Below, one piece after another: positions 1-7,648 of a stretch of 32,000 nucleotides of DNA. The position numbers and the translations under genes were made by a program. Below the pieces are notes generated by a model. That model did not search any database, was not told the origin of the DNA, and was given only the letters and a program-made list of their open reading frames with translations. Source of the DNA: Candidatus Saccharimonadota bacterium (lineage in GTDB: Bacteria; Patescibacteriota; Saccharimonadia; Saccharimonadales; Saccharimonadaceae); the NCBI RefSeq assembly GCF_025273655.1, contig NZ_CP045921.1, positions 420,001-452,000 of the forward strand. Direction: 5' to 3'. Every line of letters begins with the position of its first letter. Position 1 is the first letter of the stretch.

Positions 1-488
1 TCGAGGTGTTTGAGCACCCTGGCGATCAGTTCAGCACGAGCGTTGACTGTCTTGCCGAGTTTGGTTGCGTTGAGATCAAGTTCCGAGAACAGCTTATCGA
101 AATCTTCCTCGCTGTCGGTACCCATGGTGCTGCTTTCGATATTGGCGAGGATACGCTGCAAGTCTTCTATGTAATCGTCGAGTTGAGTGCGCTCGGCCAT
201 CTTGCTGAAAAGCTCGCTCGGAAGCAGAAAATAGCCGAGATGATCAAGCGCGGCTTTGCGCACTTCGTCGATAATCTCGAAATCGGTGTCTGGCACGTCT
301 TTGTATACGATATCCTCACTTGCAAGCAAGTCGGTATCTGCGTAGAGCTCCAGCTTTTCGGAGAGGTATTTGTAAAAGATGAAACCAAGAATGTAGTCAC
401 GAAACTCATCGGCGTCCATCTTACCGCGGAGCTCGTTGGCAATGTTCCAGAGTGATGTTTGGAGTTGTTTTTTCTGATCTTCGGACAC
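1..488 (-). CDS. hsdM: Type I restriction-modification DNA methyltransferase subunit HsdM, N-terminal part (gene continues past the left window edge)
   Basis: Absent from the supplied ORF track because it runs off the edge. Reverse-strand translation from GTG at 488 gives VSEDQKKQLQTSLWNIANELRGKMDADEFRDYILGFIFYKYLSEKLE...LGYFLLPSELF...NIESSTMGTDSEEDFDKLFSELDLNATKLGKTVNARAELIARVLKHL. This is the HsdM N-terminal domain pattern of EcoR124I-type type I systems. A GAGAGGGA SD lies just upstream and a TATAAT box sits on the minus strand at 519-524. Confidence 0.85.
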   Translation of the reverse strand, partial: MSEDQKKQLQTSLWNIANELRGKMDADEFRDYILGFIFYKYLSEKLELYADTDLLASEDIVYKDVPDTDFEIIDEVRKAALDHLGYFLLPSELFSKMAERTQLDDYIEDLQRILANIESSTMGTDSEEDFDKLFSELDLNATKLGKTVNARAELIARVLKHL

Positions 489-572
489 TGACGGTTCCCT
501 CTCTTTTGTACTAGCTTAATTATAGCGAGGTACTTGAGATTTTGCCAGTGAAGAGATTTTCACCCGTGAGAA

Positions 573-1355
573 CTACACGTCCATCCCGATATTGCGCATG
601 GCGTGCTTCATGCTACGTAGCGTGAAGTATGCAAGGTCGAGATGGCGTTGTTCGGGTGAGAACTCACGATCAAACATTGCACGAGCTGCAGTATCGTCTG
701 TAGATTCTAGCTGTTCGAGGTGTAGAGCTGCATCAGCGCGAAATTGCAGCGGCGTGGGTAGATTGAAAAAATCCATATTAATGTGATCGGAATCGTCATT
801 TAGATCTGCGATAGTGATTGCGGTTGCTTCATCTTCGTCGTCTTGTGGCATGTTGGTGCATGTGGCAACAATCTCGTTGCCGCCCATGTCGAGATATTTC
901 GCATTTTGACATACATGGAGCTTCTCGTCTTCGGTATCAATATGCACTTCTACTGATTGGATGGCATTGACAGGTTCGGCTTGTTCGAGCGGGTTTGTAT
1001 ACGCACCGTAGACATACCGGGCTAGGTGTTCGGGCAATGCTACGTTGTCTAGTGCGCTAGTGGCGCAGAAGTTGTAAGTGACCATGGAGAAATCTGCACT
1101 TGGATACTCGCGAGTTGCCATAAAACCGTATTGTGTCGTGAGTGCGCTTGATAGCATTGAAGATTCACCGCGTTGGCGTAAATAGCTGTCTTCTCGAACT
1201 GGATCGGTATGAGTGAGCTCGACGGACCACTCACCGACTTTACGCTCACGAAATCCACGGTGGACTCGTGCAAGTCGATTGAGTTCTAAGAGCAGCGCGT
1301 CTGTAGTGTAGTTGGCGCGGCCGGCGGCGATGCGTTCATGAATAGATGGCTTCAT
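573..1355 (-). CDS. Hypothetical acidic protein, 260 aa, no recognisable family
   Basis: Long ORF on the same strand as hsdM and directly upstream of it. It has acid-rich stretches (MPQDDEDEATAITIADLNDDSDHINMDFF; EQLESTDDTAARAMFDREF). I could not place any catalytic or binding motif. Confidence 0.55.
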   Translation of the reverse strand: MKPSIHERIAAGRANYTTDALLLELNRLARVHRGFRERKVGEWSVELTHTDPVREDSYLRQRGESSMLSSALTTQYGFMATREYPSADFSMVTYNFCATSALDNVALPEHLARYVYGAYTNPLEQAEPVNAIQSVEVHIDTEDEKLHVCQNAKYLDMGGNEIVATCTNMPQDDEDEATAITIADLNDDSDHINMDFFNLPTPLQFRADAALHLEQLESTDDTAARAMFDREFSPEQRHLDLAYFTLRSMKHAMRNIGMDV

Positions 1356-1399
1356 AGTGCTCTCAATGTACTACGGCAAAGGTAGAAAGAAAAGCATAA

Positions 1400-1605
1400 G
1401 GGGGCAAAAGCCCGGCCTCGCTTTGCTCGTAGATTCACCAAGAATAACACCCGTCGCGGGGATGAGTGTTATTCTCGGTGACTTACCGGTCCAGCGCAAG
1501 ATGGTATAGCTATTCTAGCTTTACCATCGACTAACTATTGTCAAATCAAAGATTATGACAATAGTCGAACCCTCCGGCGTTCGATTCCGGCGAATGAATT
1601 CGCTC
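1400..1605. other. Hairpin-dense intergenic segment (candidate structured RNA or long structured 5' leader of ORF 573-1355)
   Basis: Stem A: 1435-1450 pairs with 1466-1481 (16 bp, 1 mismatch). Stem B: 1500-1506 pairs with 1522-1528 (7 bp, with an inner AGCT/AGCT pairing). Stem C: 1534-1543 pairs with 1556-1565 (10 bp perfect, extendable to 1527-1568 with a 4-nt bulge). Stem D: 1590-1603 is GCGAATgaATTCGC. A T-loop-like GTTCGATTCC sits at 1579-1588. No ORF is present. Confidence 0.35.
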
Positions 1606-1647
1606 ATAGAAAAAGCCCCAGACATGAATGCCTGAGGCTTTTTCTAT
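1606..1647. terminator. Bidirectional rho-independent-type terminator downstream of tRNA-Glu
   Basis: ATAGAAAAAGCC (1606-1617) pairs perfectly with GGCTTTTTCTAT (1636-1647), with an extra CAG/CTG pairing inside. The A-tract and T-tract arms give a U-run in either orientation. Confidence 0.6.
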
Positions 1648-1721
1648 GGTGACCTTACCGGGAATCGAACCCGGATTGCCAGGATGAGAACCTGATGTCC
1701 TAACCGTTAGACGATAAGGCC
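1647..1721 (-). tRNA. tRNA-Glu (anticodon CUC), CCA encoded
   Basis: The 75-nt reverse complement is GGCCTTATCGTCTAACGGTTAGGACATCAGGTTCTCATCCTGGCAATCCGGGTTCGATTCCCGGTAAGGTCACCA. It folds as a cloverleaf: acceptor GGCCTTA/TAAGGTC, D stem GTCT/GGAC, anticodon stem TCAGG/CCTGG with loop TTCTCAT, and T arm CCGGG-TTCGATT-CCCGG. Confidence 0.93.
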
Positions 1722-1864
1722 AAATTCTGAGTGATGCGTGTCAAAAATTAGCTAGCTCATTTTTGACCGAATCCGAGGAATTTGGAGCTTATATGGTTGC
1801 GAGGCAATCCATATAGGGCTATGTAATAAACCTACCCTACTCTACCAAAAACTCCTACCCCTGT

Positions 1865-2257
1865 CTAGTCGTCGTGCTGCGTGCTATCGAGTGATTCGAT
1901 GATGCTCAGGAGCTTGCGCGGAGTGATATCTGCTTTGATTAGGTAGCCGTCGGCATGATGCTCCATCGCCATGCGCGATTCTTCGTCTTGTTCGAAATTT
2001 GTCAGTACCAGCACTTTGCTGTTGGGTATGAGGTCGCGCTCTTTGGTGCGAAGTGCGCCAAGGATATCGCTACCCCGCCGTTCGGGCAACATGACGTCGA
2101 GTAAGATCAAATCGTAAGGCTTGTTGCGAGCGGCTACTAAACCGTCGTTGCCGCTCACCATCCAGTCAACCTCGTAGCCTGCTTTGCGAAGGCTACGCAC
2201 ATACATTTCCCCTATCAGGCGGTCGTCTTCGATACACAGAATTGTTTTGATGGCCAT
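1865..2257 (-). CDS. Response regulator, receiver domain only (CheY-like, 130 aa)
   Basis: ILCIEDD...DLILLDVMLP...LVLTN...GYLIK shows the acidic pocket, phospho-acceptor Asp and conserved T/K pattern. There is no output domain. It lies 7 nt downstream of the kinase gene. Confidence 0.9.
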   Translation of the reverse strand: MAIKTILCIEDDRLIGEMYVRSLRKAGYEVDWMVSGNDGLVAARNKPYDLILLDVMLPERRGSDILGALRTKERDLIPNSKVLVLTNFEQDEESRMAMEHHADGYLIKADITPRKLLSIIESLDSTQHDD

Positions 2258-2263
2258 GGCGGT

Positions 2264-3838
2264 TTACCCTCGGTACATGTTATGGTTGGTGATCCAATTT
2301 GATTTCTTCTTGATGACTTTCTCGTTGTTCCCATTATCGCTTTCTTTGAGTTTTTGTTCAACCGTGGAGTAAATGGGCAGGCTAAACGTAAATGTCGAAC
2401 CTTTGTTTTCTGAACTGTTGACGCTGATGTTGCCGCCGTGGGACTCTACGATAGCTTTGGAGATGTAGAGACCGATGCCAGAGCCAGCGACCTGCTCTCG
2501 TGAGCGGTGGCTGCGATAAAACTTGTGAAAGAGATTGTGCACCACGCCATCCGGCATGCCGATACCGTTGTCGGAAACGGAGACCTCGATCGTGTCGCCG
2601 ACGGTCTGGGCGCTAACCTTGATGATACCGCCTTCGTTGCTGTATTTGATCGCGTTGTCGATGAGGTTTGAGAATACTTCGGTGATGCTATTGGCGTCGG
2701 CTGCAACTGTGGGGAGGTCATGCGCAATGTCGACTGCCAATATACGACCAAGCGTGGCTGCACGCATTTCCATGTCGTGTGCGATAGAATCATAGACTTC
2801 GTATAGGCGTTGCTCGGTGAGTTCCACGCGGTAATGTTTCTTGTCGTAGCGCGAGACATTGAGAATGTTGTTGATGTAGGTACTCAAGCGATTGGCAGAA
2901 ACGACAAGGCGGCCGAGGAGTGTTTTCTGCTCTGCGGTGAGCTTGCCGTCGAGTTCGTCGTCGAATACGTCGAGATAACCGCGGATGACAGTGATAGGGC
3001 CACGAAGCTCGTGAGCAGCAAATGCGATAAAGTCGAGATCTTTCTCATCTGGTTCGTACTGGTCGGTGCGATCTTGGATAATGAGTACAACCTCGGCCTT
3101 ACTGTCACGGTTGTAGCTGGCAACGATGTCAAATATACGAGGGTCTGATGAACTATCGGGATTGGTGTGGACGCGTGTCCAGAGTTTTTCGCCACCGAGT
3201 TTGGTTTTTGCGCAATCTTTGAGCCAATACTCGAGCGTCACGTCACCGCTGTCGAACATGAGATCGAGCGAGCGGACGCCCTGGGGATTTGTGCGTACGG
3301 GTGCGTGAGTGCTAGCGTACTCGATATCTCCAGATGGGCCGAAGACGACGAGGCTAGATGATGTACTTGCGAGCGCATCCTCGAGTAGTGGAGCAGCGGT
3401 ATTTGTGTTGCGGCTACTGGATGGCGCATGTGTATCGTCTCCTGTATCGCGGGCATAGGTGAGTCCGTAGATGAGATCGAGCATAGGCTTGGTGCCATCT
3501 TGTTCGTAGCGTTTGGCATTTGGGTTTGGTGGTGTGACAGACGACTCTTCACCGGCGACATATGAGAGGGCTGATGTGATAGCGCGCACTGGCTCGATGA
3601 TAACTCCGAGCGCGATGATGTTGACAGCCAGCCCGGCCGCAAGCGCCAAGCAGATGAGCGCCCAAAAAAGCGGCTGCTCATGAGTCAGAATGCCCGATAC
3701 GAGCATAGCACCCGCGAGTACTCCGACACTGACAAACTGGAAAATCACTATGATGATGAGACTGGTACGATGATGATGTCGATAGAAGTCGTTGATCTGG
3801 CGCTTAGGCTTGTGCGACGAATGCTTGTCTACTGCCAT
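2264..3838 (-). CDS. Sensor histidine kinase (membrane-anchored, HisKA + HATPase_c)
   Basis: Two N-terminal TM helices. H-box FIAFAAHELRGPITVIRGYLDVF. N-box LIDNAIKYS. G-boxes DNGIGMP and GSGIGLYISKAIVESHGG. Confidence 0.9.
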   Translation of the reverse strand: MAVDKHSSHKPKRQINDFYRHHHRTSLIIIVIFQFVSVGVLAGAMLVSGILTHEQPLFWALICLALAAGLAVNIIALGVIIEPVRAITSALSYVAGEESSVTPPNPNAKRYEQDGTKPMLDLIYGLTYARDTGDDTHAPSSSRNTNTAAPLLEDALASTSSSLVVFGPSGDIEYASTHAPVRTNPQGVRSLDLMFDSGDVTLEYWLKDCAKTKLGGEKLWTRVHTNPDSSSDPRIFDIVASYNRDSKAEVVLIIQDRTDQYEPDEKDLDFIAFAAHELRGPITVIRGYLDVFDDELDGKLTAEQKTLLGRLVVSANRLSTYINNILNVSRYDKKHYRVELTEQRLYEVYDSIAHDMEMRAATLGRILAVDIAHDLPTVAADANSITEVFSNLIDNAIKYSNEGGIIKVSAQTVGDTIEVSVSDNGIGMPDGVVHNLFHKFYRSHRSREQVAGSGIGLYISKAIVESHGGNISVNSSENKGSTFTFSLPIYSTVEQKLKESDNGNNEKVIKKKSNWITNHNMYRG

Positions 3839-4917
3839 GAGACACCTCCCCCGTCGTTGACCGGTACGGCGCTGATCCAGGTCTTGCCGCGTGGCAGCGG
3901 AAACTCTTTGCCGTCTGCTTTGTTGGTGAAAAACATCTGCTTCTGCATGTTTTCTTTGTGCCAGGTGACCTCGACTGCCTTGCCGCCAGATATTACGACG
4001 GCGTCGCCAGTGCCAGATGTGTGGTAGTTTTCGCGCCAGCCGTCTTCCATGACGGTGTCCATCTGCTGCTTGAGGACTACTAGCACTTGTGTGCTGATCT
4101 GACCTTTTTCACGGTCTATATGCGGTTTTCCGGCGTGTGATCGTAGGTATGTGTTGCTGCCGGCATCGTACTGCCACGAGCTGTTGTAAGTAGGGCCGCT
4201 CATCGTGACATTGACTTGGTTTGCCGTGGCGCCGGCAATCGGTGTATCACCGCGAGGGATTGCCTGTGCGTTGGACTGGTTATAGCCACGCGATGCGTTG
4301 AGTCCATCGAGTCGGGCGAAGCTGGTATAGACATTGTGCGGTGCATAGCGATCAGTTGCGCGCCAGTATGTACCGCTATTGAAGAATTGGTCGAGATCTT
4401 TGTGGGTGCCGTTGCGAACTTCTTGGAGAGCAAATAGACTACCGCCTACATGGGCTATGCCAGCATCGTATGGAGTGATCCAGTCGAGATAGTACATGCG
4501 TAGGCTCCGTACGGGGCCTATAAGTTCGGGTCGTTGCTGCTGATAAAGCGCGGCGAAACGCGTAATACCACCTTCTGCGATAGCCTCGTACACGGTGTCT
4601 GCTTGCTGCAAGCCGGATTGCGGGCGAGCATCCGGGCTATTCTCTATCATGATGGCGGTGATGTTACCTTTGGTGCTGGCATCGTCTGGTAGCTCGAGTC
4701 CAGTGAGCGGCGAGTAATATTTGGCTGATACGACAGGTTTTTTGGGTACGGCGTGCGTGAGCGGGACTGATATCTCTGCGACCGGTTTTTGGTAGAAGAT
4801 AGTGAAACTTATCAGACCGGCGGCCATCACTAAAGCAACTCCGGCTGCGAGAGCCGTCACTTTTTTGTGTTCCACCATCCATGCGGTGAGCGCCTGTGCG
4901 TGTTTGTGGGCGTCCAT
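3829..4917 (-). CDS. DUF3048 domain protein (YerB-like secreted/lipoprotein)
   Basis: N-terminal TM/signal anchor. SPLTGL...ITAIMIENSPDARPQSGLQQADTVYEAIAEGGITRFAALY...IGPVRSLRMYY closely follows the B. subtilis YerB/DUF3048 signature. Its stop overlaps the kinase start by 10 nt. Confidence 0.85.
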   Translation of the reverse strand: MDAHKHAQALTAWMVEHKKVTALAAGVALVMAAGLISFTIFYQKPVAEISVPLTHAVPKKPVVSAKYYSPLTGLELPDDASTKGNITAIMIENSPDARPQSGLQQADTVYEAIAEGGITRFAALYQQQRPELIGPVRSLRMYYLDWITPYDAGIAHVGGSLFALQEVRNGTHKDLDQFFNSGTYWRATDRYAPHNVYTSFARLDGLNASRGYNQSNAQAIPRGDTPIAGATANQVNVTMSGPTYNSSWQYDAGSNTYLRSHAGKPHIDREKGQISTQVLVVLKQQMDTVMEDGWRENYHTSGTGDAVVISGGKAVEVTWHKENMQKQMFFTNKADGKEFPLPRGKTWISAVPVNDGGGVSWQ

Positions 4918-4943
4918 GCTTATGCTTAGTATAGCATAACAGA

Positions 4944-6383
4944 CTAGTCGTCGAGTGCGTGAAGTGCGCGGTCTATGCGAGCGATAGTGATATCGCGACC
5001 TAGGGTGGCAAGAGTGTCTGATAGTGCAGGACTAAACGGCGCCCAACTGACTGCGAGTCGAATGAGGCTAAGCAGGATACCAGGTTTTTCGCCTGTGGTC
5101 TCGAGGAGCTGATTAAGGGTCTCTTGGAGTGTGGATGGCTCAAACGCGACGCTCGTGTCTGCAAGTGTATCGCGTGTGGCGGTGAGGAGGCTACGGATCT
5201 GCTCGTGCTCGAGTTTGCGAAGCTGTTTGTTATCTGCGAGCATGAGCCAGTTTGGGTCAGGCTCTTCGAAGAAATAGCTAGTGAGTATAGGTAGGTCGGC
5301 GAGCGTCTTGAGGCGATCTTGGACGAGCGCAAGCACTTCCCTCTTGTGCTCGTCGCTGGCACCTGCCGCGGCCGCCGGCCAGAAATCCGTCACACGCTCT
5401 ATGAGCTCGTCGAGACTCAGCATGCGAATATGCTGGCCATTGAGCCACAGTAGGCGCTTTTCGTCGAAGCGTGCTGGGGATTTCTGAACCCGGTCGAGAC
5501 TGAACTTATCGATTAGTTCTTGTACGGTGAAAACTTCTTGCTCTGTACCGTCATTCCACCCGAGGGTAGCCAAGAAGTTCATCATGGCTTCTGACAGGTA
5601 GCCTTCGCGGCCGTACTCTAGGACGTCTTTGGCGCCGTCGCGTTTGCCAAGCTTTTTTTTGCCGTCGATAGCCATAACAAACGGCAAGGTGCCGAGCGTA
5701 GGCCGCTCGATTTCCAGTGCTTCGTAGAGATTGAGAAACTTCGGTGTGCTACTAATAAACTCTTGGCTACGCAGCACATGCGTGACACCCATGAGCATAT
5801 CGTCGATGATATGGCAGAAATTGTATGTTGGGTAGCCGTCGGATTTGACGAGGATGAAGTCGTCGATAGCTTCTGGACCGGTAGATAGATCGCCCATGAC
5901 AGCATCATGCCACCGGTATTCTTTGGGGTCCGAGCGGAAACGTAGTGGCTGCGAGCCGTCCCACTCTGGCGGGTTCTCTGGGCGATGATGGCGATACAGA
6001 AACGGTCGTTTCTCGGCTTTGGCGAGTTCACGAAACGCGTCGAGTTCGTCGCGGGTGTACGGGTCGGCGTAGGCGCGTCCGCTTGCGACGAGTTTGTCTG
6101 CCCACTGTTTGTAGATGTCGAGACGTTCTGATTGGAGGTATGGTCCGTAGTCACCACCTTTGTCGATTCCCTCTTGCCAATCAATACCAAGCCAATGTAA
6201 GCTGTCTTCTATTTGTGCGATACTGCCCTCGACTTCGCGAACTTTGTCGGTATCTTCGATACGGAGGATGAACGTACCTGCGGCTTGCTGTGCGATAAGC
6301 CAGGCGAACAGCGCGGTGCGAACGCCGCCAACATGCATGAAACCGGTAGGACTGGGAGCAAACCGAGTACGAATATGTGTCAT
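4944..6383 (-). CDS. gltX: Glutamyl-tRNA synthetase
   Basis: RTRFAPSPTGFMHVGGVRTALFAWL (HIGH region), a KLGKRDG (KMSKS-like) motif, and a 479-aa length typical of bacterial GluRS. A TATACT box at 6391-6396 (minus) lies 7 nt from the ATG. Confidence 0.95.
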   Translation of the reverse strand: MTHIRTRFAPSPTGFMHVGGVRTALFAWLIAQQAAGTFILRIEDTDKVREVEGSIAQIEDSLHWLGIDWQEGIDKGGDYGPYLQSERLDIYKQWADKLVASGRAYADPYTRDELDAFRELAKAEKRPFLYRHHRPENPPEWDGSQPLRFRSDPKEYRWHDAVMGDLSTGPEAIDDFILVKSDGYPTYNFCHIIDDMLMGVTHVLRSQEFISSTPKFLNLYEALEIERPTLGTLPFVMAIDGKKKLGKRDGAKDVLEYGREGYLSEAMMNFLATLGWNDGTEQEVFTVQELIDKFSLDRVQKSPARFDEKRLLWLNGQHIRMLSLDELIERVTDFWPAAAAGASDEHKREVLALVQDRLKTLADLPILTSYFFEEPDPNWLMLADNKQLRKLEHEQIRSLLTATRDTLADTSVAFEPSTLQETLNQLLETTGEKPGILLSLIRLAVSWAPFSPALSDTLATLGRDITIARIDRALHALDD

Positions 6384-6407
6384 TACCTACAGTATAACAG
6401 ATTGAGT

Positions 6408-6440
6408 ATAAAAAATGCGCCCCTGCCATAGAGAGGCGCA
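6408..6440 (-). terminator. Rho-independent terminator after ORF 6462-7508
   Basis: On the minus strand, GCGCCTC..9 nt..GGGGCGC (6/7 bp) is followed by ATTTTTTA. Confidence 0.6.
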
Positions 6441-6461
6441 CGCGATAGATGCTGGTGGCCG

Positions 6462-7508
6462 CTAGACGCTAGTAGCGATTTTGCGGATCTGATCTGGTGA
6501 GAGAGGCGCGTTACCATCGATTGTATACAGGATGCCACCACTCACCCATGCCGCGTTGCCTTTGTAGCTGTAGATGGTGATGCCTTTTTCCTGGGAGGTT
6601 GTGTAATCGTCACCGGCTTTTTCGCGGACATAGTTTTCAAGAAGGGCGCTTGAATCCCAGCTGCTCTTAGATTGCTTAAGCGTAAAATCGCTCGTGCCGG
6701 TGTTGGCTGCAAACTGCATTTGCACCTGACCGTCACTATATGCAACAGGTCCATTGAGACGATAGCCATCTGGCTGATAGCCTGGGTACGACGCATCGAT
6801 ACCTGCCTGTGCAGCAGCGACACGGACAGATAGATTTGGCACATTGAGGTATGTCAGGTATCCACCGAACAGTACGAGTGCAAAGCACCCAAACACTATG
6901 CCAGTAAGGCGGCGTTTGTGTGAGCGGGTTTTGTGTTGCTTGGCGTGATGCTTTGGCGCGCTGTCTATGGCTTCATTGATAGCCGCCTGCTTAATAATGC
7001 TTGCACTTGGGAGCTGGCCCGCTGGTGCAGCTTTTTTGGCGGCCTGAGCATGATGTGCTCTGGTGGCAACTGGGTGTGGACGATGCACATCGGCGGATGC
7101 TGACTGCACGGCAGTCGGACGCGCAATAGGTTGTGCAGTGGGCCTGAGATCAAGAGATTTTTTCGTCTGAGCGAGTTTTGGGGTATGCGCGATTGGCTTG
7201 CTAGCAATTGGCTGCGGGCTAATGCGAGGCTGTGCGTGCTGCGATACTGTGTGAGCGGCCGGCTTAGGAGTGTGATTCGCTTGAGGTTTTTTGGTGAATT
7301 TGCGATTGAGGGTGGTTGATTTTTGGGTTTTTTGATGGATGTGTTGCGAAGCTGCGCCATGACGAACAGGCTTGGGCGCTACAGGCTCGACTGAAGCGGC
7401 CTGAGCACCGCGTAGTGCAGCACGAGAAGTGTGCTCGGCACTGACTGGCAAACCGGTGCGCGCATCATATTCACGACCATTAATAGTTACTGTCTGTTTT
7501 TGACCCAT
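6462..7508 (-). CDS. Membrane-anchored hypothetical protein with a basic Pro/Ala/Lys/His-rich linker and a globular C-terminal domain
   Basis: 348-aa ORF with a low-complexity N-half, one TM helix (GIVFGCFALVLFGGYLTYL) and a C-terminal ~130-aa domain loosely reminiscent of DUF4367 (low confidence for that domain). AGGGGA SD 6 nt upstream. Confidence 0.6.
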   Translation of the reverse strand: MGQKQTVTINGREYDARTGLPVSAEHTSRAALRGAQAASVEPVAPKPVRHGAASQHIHQKTQKSTTLNRKFTKKPQANHTPKPAAHTVSQHAQPRISPQPIASKPIAHTPKLAQTKKSLDLRPTAQPIARPTAVQSASADVHRPHPVATRAHHAQAAKKAAPAGQLPSASIIKQAAINEAIDSAPKHHAKQHKTRSHKRRLTGIVFGCFALVLFGGYLTYLNVPNLSVRVAAAQAGIDASYPGYQPDGYRLNGPVAYSDGQVQMQFAANTGTSDFTLKQSKSSWDSSALLENYVREKAGDDYTTSQEKGITIYSYKGNAAWVSGGILYTIDGNAPLSPDQIRKIATSV

Positions 7509-7648
7509 GATATATCCCCTAGTACTACTTGTTTGTACACCGAAATCGCTTATGCCTCGCAGGTGTTATACCTATCATAGCACCTCGTTTGCTGTTTGCA
7601 ACTACTATATAGAAAACTATATATACTGCTGTATAATCATAGATAACG

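Noticed and set aside
6-455. 149-aa plus-strand ORF at the left edge
   Set aside because: It is the antisense shadow of hsdM. The minus-strand frame gives a textbook HsdM N-terminal domain, whereas the plus-strand product has no recognisable features.
1486-1603. T-box riboswitch or tRNA pseudogene in the structured spacer (GCTGGACCGG on the minus strand at 1486-1495; GTTCGATTCC at 1579-1588)
   Set aside because: The T-box-like string needs two deletions relative to the GGUGGUACCGCG consensus, and the downstream gene is not an aaRS or amino-acid gene. The T-loop-like motif cannot form a 5-bp/7-nt T arm, and no matching acceptor or anticodon arms exist.
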